Shown here: positions 36,763 through 48,970 of the stretch, piece after piece
Position numbering within the stretch: the first letter of the stretch is position 1
Layout: every line of letters begins with the position of its first letter
NCBI GenBank assembly: GCA_051047955.1
Contig: JBPGPT010000001.1
Coordinates: 868,001 to 932,000 of the forward strand
Source: Cystobasidiomycetes sp. EMM_F5
Lineage: Eukaryota
Direction of reading: 5' to 3'
Length of the DNA stretch: 64,000 nt
The notes under the pieces: model-generated
What the model saw: only the letters and a program-made list of their open reading frames with translations
What the model was told of the DNA's origin: nothing
Database searches by the model: none
Made by a program: the position numbers and the translations under genes

Positions 36763-37810
36763 TTATGACTTCTTGACCTTCGATTTGACTTTGAGCTCGT
36801 CGATAGTTGTCACGACGGCAGAACTTGGTTCTTCGGGCTGTGGGTTGGATGGTAAGGCGAACGGCGAAGCTGACCGGGAAGTGACTGTACTGGTGGCAGC
36901 TGAAGGAGCTATACCTAAAATTTCTGCTAGGGCATCGGCTGAGGCGTGTAGCATTCGCTTTGACGCAAGATGTCGTGCACGAGAGCTGCATTGGCGGAGT
37001 CAATAGTTGTTGTCAGTCAAAAGATGCGGATACGTATTTTCAGAAATCAGAAGAAACCTACGCCATTCGTGGATTCAGGGGCATAGTTGCAGGTGATGCC
37101 GGCGCAGTAGCGACTGCTTGTATAATCTCGGAGATGCTATGGTTGTCTGGCTGTGAAGTAGATGGCGGAAGTGAAGATTGCCGGTTACCAGACATCTTTC
37201 TCGCCTTTTTCGCTGCTTTGTACTCTTCCTTGTCCAGTTTGCGTAATCTCTTTCGCTCTCGCCGTTCTTCCTTGGTTTCGCCTTGCATTGAATTTGTCTC
37301 TCCGTCGACCGTCGTATCTGCTTGATTCGTGTCAAGAAGCGCTGCCTCTGCAGCCGCAGCATTTAACCTTTGAAGTAGTCCAGCGAATTCTCCTCCCTCT
37401 GTCTTTGCTCTGTTGATAACTTCTTTACTGGCGCCGGCGCTAACGAATTGTAATGCCGCCCTACTGCCCAACCTGGAGAAGACGCTGGATGAGGCGGAAG
37501 CCAGCCCGGAGCTACTGCTTCCAATGGACGTTGGCAGAGCTCCGACGCTGCTGACAGCTGGTCCGCCGCTGGGTCGGTAGCCTATTCCCTCCATACCAGA
37601 TTTTGCAATAGGTATGGCTCGCAACCGCTTTGATCCAGAGTAGGCCATCAGACCCACTTTGTTCTCTTCGTTGCCGGTATCCGCAGAGGGCGACACATAG
37701 CCCATCGAGTTTAGCAGTCGCATTCCGACATTATTCGCATCGTTAATCCACGCCGTGTTTCGCGGGTCTGCCGTGATGATTTGTTTCTGTTTCCGCCCTG
37801 CAAGCCCCAT
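36763..37810 (-). CDS. PXR1: G-patch protein Pxr1/PinX1-like
   Basis: MGLAGRKQKQIITADPRNTAWINDANNVGMRLLNSMGY...GMEGIG (G-patch); K/E/R-rich region; PRMA|ARARHLASKR...ALAEILGI. Confidence 0.8.
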
Positions 37811-37956
37811 GATGGGTAGTTCAACAGCTCTGACAGCACAGATGGGTTGGATGAAAGTCGAATTTTGCTGGCTTGAGCTCAAAGAGGTGTCTTGCTGTTT
37901 GATCAGGCCAAAATTTGGCAGCCGAGCTTGTTTCCCGACCCTAGCGTCATGAAAAC

Positions 37957-40059
37957 ATGCCGGGCAGCGAAATTGGCGTCAGTCATGGTCTCCAATTACC
38001 GTACACTGAGGTAGCAAAGCATGTCGGCCTCCTCAAGCGCCATCTTGGTGTCGCGACGGATGGGCAATCAACGACTACGGCTATTAACGCGTCGAGCAGC
38101 CAGCACCGCGACCGTATTCCATGGAATGAGCTGTGGAAGCCGCTCAACGTATTCGACAATGTTGTAGCAGTCGCTCAGGACGACCTCGTGCAGAAAGCCT
38201 CATCTTTGCAAGGCAGGCTGGAGACTCTCCGTCAAGAAGGAAGAGTTACTGCCGAAACGCTTGAAACTAGCGGGCAAGCACTTTCTGATATCATACAAGG
38301 CGCAGACGGCGAGCGTCAGAGATACTTCACTCTTGCACTCTTCTGGCGTCGCGCCGTGCGTACGGTCTGGCATCGAACAAGGCACAACCCGCTGACGCGC
38401 CGTTGATAGGCTGTATATCATGAATTGCGCCAAAAGCCTGCTGCTCCCGATACGGCACTCGATATCGTGCACAGATACCTCGTCTCGCCGAACGCTTCGA
38501 CCGAGCGGACCTTGAGCGAACGCTCCTGTCTCTTGCGCGTGACAAAGCCCGGGGAGGCTGACCAACTGCAAAGAGAAACGACTAGATGCCGGGATAGGCT
38601 TCGCAACATATCTCTTTGGCTGCAGTCGTACCCTGCTGCAGCTGAACTATTGCGGGATCCCAGAGGCAAGGGCAAGGGTAAAGCAAGCGATAAGAGCAAT
38701 ACAAAACAGCCCCCTTCACGAATGACGGATGAAGCTGCCAAGGTTTACGCCGATCATCTGTTACGATGTATCCGTGGCTTAGAGCCGGAAGGGCGTTTAC
38801 AAGACTTGGCGACCGCGACAGGTGACTGGCTGACCGCTTTCGAAAACCGAATAGATGCCATGATTGCATTGACGACGACGATGAACGGAATTGCGCAATC
38901 ACAAGTCCGAAGGGGAGGATCTGCGGAGGCGACAACTACCCTGCCTCTTGAACAAGGCGCCGAACATGAGCAAGCGGAAACTTTGGCTGCTACATCACCT
39001 GCTGGTAACCCAACCTCGGGAACGAGCCATCAACAACTAAGTCGCAAGCGAAAGCACTCATCGATCTTTGACATACCTGCGCAGCATCATGTTGAGCAGC
39101 GGCCACCTATACCCCCACACACGAGCAACGGACCTCAGGAAACTATTCCTTTCCACAAACTTGATAACGGAAACCCGAATTTACGCCCGTTTCTTCAACG
39201 TGAATCGAATGATGAGCCTAGCCAAGCACCTCAGCATATTTCTGTACCGACAGTCCCGCTTCAAAATGGTTCTCAGTCGCAATCGTCGACCTCCAAATCG
39301 TTTGATGCAACACCTCCGTCACCAGTGTCTCTCCCTTCCCCTCCGCCCTTGACCAATATACCTCTAGCTCGCCAGCAAAGGGTCATCTACAGTCCGTCTA
39401 ATGGTAGTCTGAATGACCTTGTACCACCAGATCATGCCGCCACGCACAAATCCAGTCGTGCGGGTAGTCCATACCGGTCTGTGCCGCCTGTGCCCCAAGC
39501 ACCTCAAATTCCGCACAAGACTATACCGCTTCCGGCCGACCAGCTACAATTGCTCGAAGCGGCTGCGAGTGAAGCGCAACGGCGTTTAGAAGCTCTGACG
39601 CGGTCAGGGAGATCGTCCAGAGACCCCTTTGACAACATTATCTGGTCACGGCCCGCTGCATCTGTCTCTGCTTCTACAGGCCTTTATGCGGTGCCTGATG
39701 ACATGATAGAGGCAGGAGAAGACGACTATGGGACCGCAGAGACAAGTTATACTAGCACCGATGACGACAGCAATATCTCGGATTATATCGATACTGCTGG
39801 ACAGTCTCCAGAATTAGGCTCTATTGATGGAGACAGAACTACCCGGGCATTGGGGCCAGGGAACGCGCAACAAGACATGGCGGGTGACGACACGAGGGCG
39901 AGAGTTGCCCGAAAGGGTGGTACATTACAAGGCTTTATCGGCATCAATGCCGCGTGGGAGGATATGATGGATCAGCAAAGCGTCAATTCAGATGTGGAGA
40001 TGCGCTCTCCCGAGGAACAACGGCGTATGCGCGACTTTCTGTCACAGCAACTCGAGTGA
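37957..40059 (+). CDS. Hypothetical protein (~680 aa; helical N-half, P/S-rich C-half)
   Basis: ORFs 37957-38406 and 38425-40059 can be joined by a GTACGG..GCTGAC..TAG intron (~38360-38409); no family recognised. Confidence 0.7.
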
Positions 40060-40171
40060 GCAAAGTCTGGGATGCTATTGACGGGGATGGGGCATGATGT
40101 GCGTAGTTGAGGTGACAATTCAGTGTTGCAGCAAGCCGACTCAATGAGCTTTTAAAGTCATTCCGAAACAT

Positions 40172-40507
40172 CTACGACAGCACACTAACTGTCACGCTCG
40201 CTACGCTCTGTGCTGCTTTACTACTCAAGGCGGCCGCTGCACTAGTTGTTGCCCTCTGTGCAGCTATCTGTGCTGCCGCATCGGGGTTTGTAATTTTCAC
40301 GAGCAGAGCATTGAGTACGGCGGCCACAGACATCCTGGAAGAGAGACATGATGAGTAAATGCCTTTCGGTTGGCTTGTAGCTGCCTACATGACACCGGTC
40401 CATGGGCTGGTGTTGTTGCTTGAAGCAGCAATGTCTGGAGCATTGAGCAACCCAGCCAGGGATATAGCTAGCGCAAGGAAAGCGACTGCTGGGAGTTTGG
40501 TAAACAT
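40172..40507 (-). CDS. Small putative secreted Ala/Ser-rich protein (~94 aa)
   Basis: MFTKLPAVAFLALAISLAGLLNA (signal-peptide-like)...WTGVM|MSVAAVLNALLVKITNPDAAAQ...SVLS*; in-frame GTAGGC..CAG intron. Confidence 0.5.
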
Positions 40508-41229
40508 TGCGGCTGCCCCGAGAGCCTATCGAGCAGATAAATCGTAGCGATTAGCAGGCAGCAAGACCATCCCTGAAATGCACTCGCCATTCCGCCCCCG
40601 CTGCTGAAGACTGCCGCAACACATCGACAGTCAGCCCGAATCTCTTCATGCAAGTTGACGCAGCTCTCTCCGCTCACCGGCATACGTGTCAGCTCCAGCT
40701 CGATGCCGGAATGCCTTTACGAGATCCGGCCTCTTTGGATCCGACGAGTCTGCAAGTCGTGTACACTGTCTCAGCGGCTAGGCCAAGCGAGGGGAGCATG
40801 ACTGGCTCGGTAGCATCCCACTGCCTCACCGAATCGAGGTATTACAGAAGTCATGGCGTGGTCTAGTAATGTGCAAGAATGACAAGGTGCGACATTGATT
40901 TTAAAATAACAAGGCTGCCATGCAGACTTGAACAACATCTATTGCACGACTGTGTTGCTCGGTTGATTAATATGCAGAGCGTACTTGCTCTTGACTTTGC
41001 ACGCCCGCGTCTCACGTTGCTGCTCCAACGGTTCAGGGACGCTCCGGAGTTTCGCACCAGGCAACACGGGCAGAAATTGGCAGAGACGGCCAGGGATCCG
41101 ATCTGTTAGGCTGGCGTGTCTGCAGGTTGCCTCCGCTCCTTCTGGCACGGCTGACTCTGACTGATATCTCCCGTCCGCGAGATTGGCTGACCTGACTGAG
41201 TCCCAGCACGTCGGACCGTGACCCGCAAA

Positions 41230-44200
41230 ATGATTGCTCCAGGTCATCCCGGCATCTCGCCGACACGAGACGCTCATTCCGACTACCAGGTCAATGCTAC
41301 GAGCGATCCCATCCTCCCGCAGACCGATCCTGGTATCGTAAAGTCACTGACGGGTCTGCTCGGCGGTAAGTAAACATAAAGTAATGCTCGACAAGTCGTC
41401 TGACGCGTCCGAATCGATTGCATAGCTGTACTCTCACAAGTCCCAACCGCCCCGGATGGCCTCAAAGTAGCTGAAAGGCTTGCCCTGAATGAGCAAATTG
41501 CACAACAGCCCACTTCGCTAGTCCGAGATGTAGTCAACCAGATCGTCTCGGGCAGAAGTTTGGGCGACATGGGGGTACTCATACAGTGGGCGACATTGAG
41601 AATGAGAGGCAGAATTCAATACTAACCTGCTAACCTTCTAACTATCAGAGCGCTCACGACTGCTGGGAAACCGGTCAACGATAGAGGTACGGCGTCGTTG
41701 ATCCTCCCTTGAAGTCAACTTACAAGGAAACACTTTCCTGCAGAACTCCTCATGGAGCGTCTAATACAGCGCCTGACCCAAATGGACGCGACATCCCCCA
41801 TCAGGGCTGCTGTCAGCGATGCATTTATCAATTTATTGTGGAAGGTGCTTTCCTTTCGTAGGCGATAGCGATACACAAAGTCCTGACGGTTCGTATAACG
41901 GTATAGGATCTCCCTCATCCAGCGACGTCCATGCTAGGCGAAAAATACAAATTCCGTCAAGCTGACGGATCATACAATAATCTGTATGAGCCCAATCTTG
42001 GCGCAGCAGGCCAACCATACGGCAGGACCGTCAATTCTGTACACCCTTTGCCGCCAAACCTGCCAGATCCCGAGGTCATCTTCGATTGCCTCCTCAAGCG
42101 CAAGCCCGGTACTTTTACTCCGCATCCGAGTGGCATCAGCAGTATGATGTTTGGATTTGCTGTCACTATTGGTGATTCTTTCTATACACGGTAGTGCGGA
42201 CGCCAATCCTGACGAGTCTGCCTGGTCACAGTCCACACGATATTCCGAACAAGGAGAACGACCGATCCATCTGCTGACTCATACGAACGTCGAGAAGCAG
42301 CTACAATCAACGATGCATCATCCTATCTAGACTTATCCATCTTGTACGGCAACAATCAGACTGAGCAGGATCGCGTGCGCGACAAATCTCAAGGTCTCGG
42401 CTTGCTGTATCCTGATGTTGTGGCCGAAAGAGTTCTGTTCCTCATGCCCCCGCATGTGACTGCATTCGCTGTATTGCTGAATCGGAACCATAACTACATT
42501 GCCGAAATGCTCTACAAGATCAACGAGAAGAACTTGTTCAAGCCACCTGGTGAATTATCAGCAGACATTCTTGCCAAGCAAGACGAAGAAATCTTCCAGA
42601 CGGCTAGATTGATCAATTGTGGCCATTACGTCAAGTACGCAGAGTGCCGTGTCCCATACGAAGTCTACTGCACACATACTGACCCGTGGTGGCTGAAATA
42701 GCATCATCCTGCACGACTACGTCGCATCGAGTGCGTATGTTATCCTAGCGTTTTGGGATTGGCTGATGTTACGGATATGATAGTTCTTGGCACGAATCGT
42801 ACTCAAACGGACTGGTTCCTGGACCCAGCAAAAGACATCAAGGATCTGATAGCCGGCAATGGTGGAGCTGAGCGCGGCACCGGCAACGTCGCAAGCATCG
42901 AATTCGGCATTCTTTATCGATGGTAGGTATCCTAGTGCTATGAGTGGCGAGGCAGTGTATACTTATCCAGCTGCCCCGCAGGCACTCGTCCATGAGCCAG
43001 GCAGATGAGAAATGGTTTACCACGCTGATGTGCGAAAAGACTGGCAAAAGAGTCGACGACATCAGTACACAGGACTACTTCAAGGTAAGGTACAGATCCG
43101 ATCTTACGCAGGTTTCAGGACGAGCTGTCGGCTGACTCAACCTCCACAGGCTGCCGGATCGTCTTTTGCCAAACTCGGCGAAGATCCCCGTTCATGGCAT
43201 ATACCTGGCCTTTCAAGATTAGAGGATGGCAGATTTGCAGACGATGATTTGGCTCGAATCCTTCAGGATGCTATCGAAGAGCCTGCAGGCGCTTTCCAAG
43301 GTCAGTAATACAGCTGCTTGACTCATTACAACTGCAAACTGATCCGCAATTCATCTTGCATTAGCAAATGGCATTCCCGCCATCATGCGGGCTATCGACA
43401 GCGTTGGTATGACTCACGCGCGCGAAGTCTATGGGCTTTGCACCCTCAACGAGTTCCGCGAGCATTTCGGATTGGCGCCATACCGGACCTTTGAGGAGTG
43501 GAATTCGAACAAGGACGTCGCAGCTCTTGCAGAAAAGCTATACATACATCCGAAGTAAGCTTGCAGACTCGAAGTCCGATCAATGTCGCTAAGTAGACGA
43601 CTGCTCATACATTCGTATAGCAATATTGAGCTTTATGTAGGCTTGATGGCTGAAGAAGCCAAGCCGGGAAATATGGTAGGGAGTGGTTTGGCCATCAATC
43701 ACACAATTTCACGCGCCAGTGAGTGTCGAAGGATGGCACTCAGTTCTAGCACAGGCTGAAAATGGTGACAGTCTTGTCCGATGCGGTCGCACTCGTTCGA
43801 GGAGACAGATACTTCACGACCGGCTTCAACGCAGGCAACCTGACAAAGTGGGGCATGCAATACTGCTCACCCGATTTCCAGGCAGGCAGTCAGGGCGGAA
43901 TGCTCGGCAAGCTCATTCTCCGAAATCTACCGCGACATTTCGACTTCAATTCGGTTTATGCCTTATTCCCCTTCCAGACCCCGACTTCAATACGCAGGAT
44001 TCTTGCTGCTCAGGGCTTGGATGGGAAATACAACTTCGATAGACCAAATCGTCAGCCAGATTGGCGAGTACTGCGCAGTAAGGAGGCTATCGACGGAGCT
44101 TTAAGGGACCATCAGACATTCGGTGTGATCTATACAAACGCCATCGAGAATCTGACTCGCTCGCGTTATGGCTTCGTGCTCGGTAGGAGACTCAACGCTG

Positions 44201-45729
44201 CATGCTGGCCCTTCTGACAACTTCAGTCACATAGGTTTCGACAGTGCCAAACATCACGATGGGGACCTTCTGATTATGAACGATGCGGTATTCCCGCCAG
44301 GCTGGCAGGCGGCGACCAGACAGTGCGCAATAGTAATGTCCTACAGGTGCGAAAGCTGATTTATATGTCCGATAGGTTTTACGATAATCTGCTCCCCAAG
44401 CTTATCACATCATCCAGCTACGTTATCCCGGGCACGGACAAGCGTATCTGCGATTTCGTGCGGGATGTATCGAACTTGGCGCCAGTTTACTGGATTGCGA
44501 ATCAATTTGGGTAGGTCAGCATTGTCACGCGGGGCGATCGCTCCTAACGTGCGTTTGCAGAGTACCCCTAAAAACAGCCGAGTCTCCGCTCGGTCTGGTT
44601 ACGCCCCAAGAGCTGTTCCTGGCCTTATTCGCGACTTTCGCCTACATCTTCATGAATTTTGATGCAGTCGAGTCTTTCAAGCTTGGCCAGGGAGCGTTAC
44701 ATGCGTGAGCTTGGCCTTCCATTTATTCTGTCCCGCACATACAATCTGAAATTATCAGGCCTGTTCTCCAGATCGGAGCTTATTAAGACGATTGTTGAAG
44801 CGAGAATTCTCCAACACAAAGGCATTCTCGGCAGAGTGGAGGGACTTCTGAAAAATATGCCTGGACTCATGAAGCCTAGCGACGACGCGTCAGCCTTCTA
44901 CAGGCGACTCATAGCATCAAATCGCGACATGGACTTTATGGTGTCATCGACTGTGGCTGTGATGACTGCCTCGTGTATGAGTGCGTGTAGCAACGAGTGT
45001 GCCCTGCATGCAGCGGTTTACTGAGTCGCATTATCACCAGACCAAGCTCAAGCATTCGCGCAAATGTTCAATGGACTCCTGGAAGATCAACACACTGCGG
45101 CATTACAGCAGCTCATCGACTTGGCGGAAGACGAGGGTACAGAATCTGAGCGAATTTTTCTCAAAACTTGTTGGGAGGCGCAGCGTTTGGACCCACAAGT
45201 ACCTGCTATCCCGCGATTCGTCCGCAAAGACGTCCACATTCCAGACGGACTCGAGCATCCGACCGCCATCAACAAGGGTGAACGCGTCTGGCTTGATGTA
45301 CATTCGCTGTGCATGGATCCTATAGCTTTCCCGGACCCTGAAACCATCAAAACCGATCGACCTATGCAAGACTACCGCATGTTTGGTGCGTAATGAATCG
45401 ACTTGGGTCGGACGCTGAGTTGACCTTCGATCTACGTAGGTCATGCTATGCACACATGCTTGGGTGCAAAGCTGGTTGCAGTGACTCTTCCTCGACTTAT
45501 GCGGCACGCGGTGAAATTACGCAATCTACAACGAGCACCTGGCAAGCAAGGACAACTGTGAGCTACTTGCCGAGCATGTCAAAGCAGCGAGATGTCCGGG
45601 CTAAGCATACGCTTAAACAGGATTCGCTTCAAGGACACATTGCACGGCATCTGGGTGTGGAAGTATGTGACTCAGCAGTCCTCAATCCTGCCCTTCGCTA
45701 CGAGCATGTCTATTCAATACGAGATTTAG
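41230..45729 (+). CDS. Fatty-acid dioxygenase (heme peroxidase)-cytochrome P450 fusion (linoleate diol synthase/Ppo family)
   Basis: FRQADGSYNN, SSYLDLSILYG, DEEIFQTARLINCG, EFGILYRWHSS (catalytic Tyr, proximal His), LSDAVALVRGDRY; P450 part with EAQR (ExxR) and FGHAMHTCLG. Confidence 0.93.
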
Positions 45730-46712
45730 GCTACGCGGGTGAATTGCGAGAACTCATAAGATTGGACTGTTGTAGGGTTCAGTGAGAGTGCTAGTATCAG
45801 GAAGATATGTCGCTTTTCTGTATTTGAGTCACAACATGAATTTCTTTTGCTTTGTAGACTGCAGTATATGGCCTCTTTGCTTCTGCCAACTCATTCAAAT
45901 GATGGCGCCGGCAAGACAACCAGACTATCAGCAAAAGACGACTATGCTGCCAGCTTACTAGCTGTCGCGACTGCCAGCCCGCGTCACACCCGTCCATTGC
46001 GGATTCTCTGAATATCTAGTCCAGCCCAAATCAACTCCACAAAACGTACTCCGCCGGTTCATTTATTTCTCGCTTCTCGACAGAGTATCTACTCTACACA
46101 ACGAGATTAGTGCAGATTGTACGCCAGGCAAGAACAGCTCCGTGACCAGCATGCGCCTCTGCGCATTTTGCTGGCACCGGAAAAGCAAGGCTCTAATTCG
46201 GTTCTAGTTGCTGTCTCGCTACAATTTAGCTACAACGATGGATCTTACGAGGAGTCTGACATCGACGCATCGCTCATGTACAGGATGTTGTGTCTGGATA
46301 GCCTTGCGGGCTCAGTAGCAGAAAGGGTATCGAATTTCATGGGTACTTGCGCGCAGGTCGCTTGGCCAACCGATGGTCTTAAGCATGAGGAGGGTGTTCT
46401 CCGATTTGCGGAAAAGCCCATAGAGACTTTACAGACGCGAAAGCGCTGAACAGCAGCGCTGCCCTCCAGGAATTCTCTGCATACACTGGACCCGATATCA
46501 CAATTGTGCGCAGCACGCCTGATCTCGCCAATAGCTGACGACTGACCACATTGACAAAGCATCGTGCCGCATGGCTGATTTTGGTTTGCGCTGTCCCGCT
46601 GTGTCTTTGTTTCTACTGGTCGCCAGTTTCGACTTTTCGGCTTGATTGTGTATGTAGTTTCTCTCGGAGTCTTCGAAGCCGCGCGCTTGAAGCGTTGCCC
46701 ACGGAGGCACTG

Positions 46713-46971
46713 ATGCGTCCTCATTCCGCAATCCACTTTGCTGCACTTGTTGTGGCAGCTTCCGCATCGACGCTCAAGTCGAAACATGCCAATCCGCCGT
46801 GGACAGTATTCGGGCGAAGCTACAAGGAATTCTCGACATCCACCAGAAAAAGCCTGATCATGCGTCTGTCGGCGCATAGCGACTGACGGCTCGGGCGCAC
46901 ACGTTTCTCATAGGCTAATTTGACATCTTGCAGAGGGGGTGCAAATTGGTATTTTTGACCGCCACGATTGA
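46713..46971 (+). CDS. Possible small secreted peptide (~63 aa)
   Basis: MRPHSAIHFAALVVAASA signal-like start and a GCTAAT..TTGCAG acceptor at 46933; donor site is weak. Confidence 0.25.
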
Positions 46972-47113
46972 TGAGTTAGTCATAGCTTCATGATACATAA
47001 TACGCTGCGCGTCTTGCAGAGCCTTTGCGTGCAGCGAAGATGGGTCGGACAGACTTATGGATCCGAGTGTTGTAACTTGCTGCCATTGCGAACGAGCTGC
47101 AGCAGGGAAACGG

Positions 47114-47606
47114 TTACTGTGCCGCAGTTACCCAAGGCTGTCTGTCCATGGGGCATTGGTTCTTGCTTGATTCCTGTTAGTGCTGCATGTTTAGCCGTTT
47201 TGATGAGGGGTTTTGTTTTAACGATACTTGCAGAGTTGAGCCATGTCAGAAGGCAATGGAGGTGAAACTAGGCGGGAGATTACAGAAGTCTTCATCAGCT
47301 GGCCATCGTCTCTCCAGGCTTGTACTGGCTCACGACATGGGTACATTCGCCAAAGACTGCAGATGAACTTCAGCAGAGCTTCAACTCGACAAGGCCCGAC
47401 GTACTCAGCGGACAGTCGTCTCCCGGCACCTTGCACGTTGGGCAGCAGCCTTCGAACGCGACCTGGCATATACCGCACACGTCCTCCTCCTCGTCGCTGT
47501 CCGCCTTCATCGACTCGTCTGCCTCAGCCGCAGCGGAGGCTCCCTTTGGCTTGATATTCCATCGCCAGCTCGCAACAGCATGGTACGACTTGATGGTAAT
47601 CTTCAT
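47114..47606 (-). CDS. APC11: Anaphase-promoting complex RING subunit Apc11
   Basis: MKITIKSYHAVASWRW...VCGICQVAFEGCCPTCKVPGDDCPL|.FGECTHV|FHLHCLLTWLNS|ESSKNQCPMDRQPW. Confidence 0.95.
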
Positions 47607-47700
47607 TGTTGCATGATAGTATACGATTGGACGGCTAGCCGTACCCCAATGTCCCAAGCTGGCAGGTGCTGATCGAATAGTAAACGCGTCAAGAGTCTGA

Positions 47701-48848
47701 TTACAACGATGTGTTCTTTTGCAAGAAGTCCATGGTAAGCTCAAAGGCTACAAAAGTGCTCGCCGCAGCCGGCACGGCACGAATGTACGTCGGCGTCAGA
47801 CCGCGAAAGAATGCCCCGAAGCCTTCTTCTCGGTAGATTGTCCTGAAGGTGTCACGGATATAGCCTAGACCTCGAAGCGGGGTCGTGGTGTTTTGTACTC
47901 TACTCTTGACGACATCTGTACATATTGAGTCTCAGTCTTTGCTTGCCTCTGGTTTCAACGCGCAAATACTGCTGACCTAATGGATAGCATGCCGTCCAAT
48001 AAGCGATTCCTCCGGTTGCTCCAGCTGTCAGAGTCGCCCATACCGGCAGACTCTGATTCGCAGACGCGTGTGGACCGTGTAAGCGTCTACCAAAGGTTCT
48101 TTTGCTGAATTCGTACGCAGAGTAAAACCCGGCATACGCAGGCATCTCGCGAAGTACAGTCACCCAGAATCCTCGCATGACTCCGTGCCGAAAGCCATAC
48201 TTGCTCGCCATCTCACTGAATACATCGCGCAGCTTCATGTCTGTCGCTGCACCGTACTGGCCTATGACAGATCGGGAAATAATGCACGTTATGATCATGC
48301 GACGACTTCCTCAATTCTGGCCTTCGCACCCTGCATTCTGATCTTGAATAGCTCCACCGGACTGGCCAGAATCGAGTTGACTGCGCCTCCTAGTGCCCCA
48401 GCTAGCGCTATCTGTGGTATAGAGAGCACTGGATACGGAGAGACGATCCTCTTCGCCTGATTGAACGAGGCAAACAGTAAAGCGTTCACCCCGGCTATTC
48501 CAACGAGCGGAGAGGCCATTCCTTTATACAGAGCTAGAAAGCCTTCGCGGCGGACGGTCTGGGTCGCGATATCCCATGTATTTCGATATTGGCCGGGCTT
48601 GGCTAATTGAGCACGGACTTTGAGCGTATCCAGAGGTTGACCTCTACCTTCAGAAGTAACAAGTAGCGATATGTCAGAAGTAAAGTCGGGTTTTGCGTCA
48701 TATCGCAGCTGATTGCGCACATGATGACCTGAGCTGCTCCGCCCACGCTTCCGCTGATTAGGGAAGCTACGGTGGAAGGTGTTCGCGCGGATGCAGCAAC
48801 AGTGGATCCAGTACTGGTAGGCTCATCTCGTGTTAGCAAATCAGCCAT
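47701..48848 (-). CDS. Mitochondrial carrier (carnitine/ornithine-type subgroup)
   Basis: Three PxD/ExxK repeats: GQPLDTLKVRAQ, SPVELFKIRMQ, YPLDVVKSRVQ; LYKGMASPLVGI; REMPAYAGFY. Confidence 0.93.
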
Positions 48849-48970
48849 GTCAGCGTCAGTTGTACAGAGAGCAGAAGTGACTGATCGAGGCAGCATTTGG
48901 GAACATCCTCGCGCGCCCAATGCGTCTATTAGATCCAGTCCAACCATATTTGCGAACGACGAAAAGGCGC

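Noticed and set aside
45800..46700. ORFs 46117-46449 (+) and 46245-46877 (-)
   Set aside because: No recognisable motifs, and stops interrupt the otherwise plausible frames.
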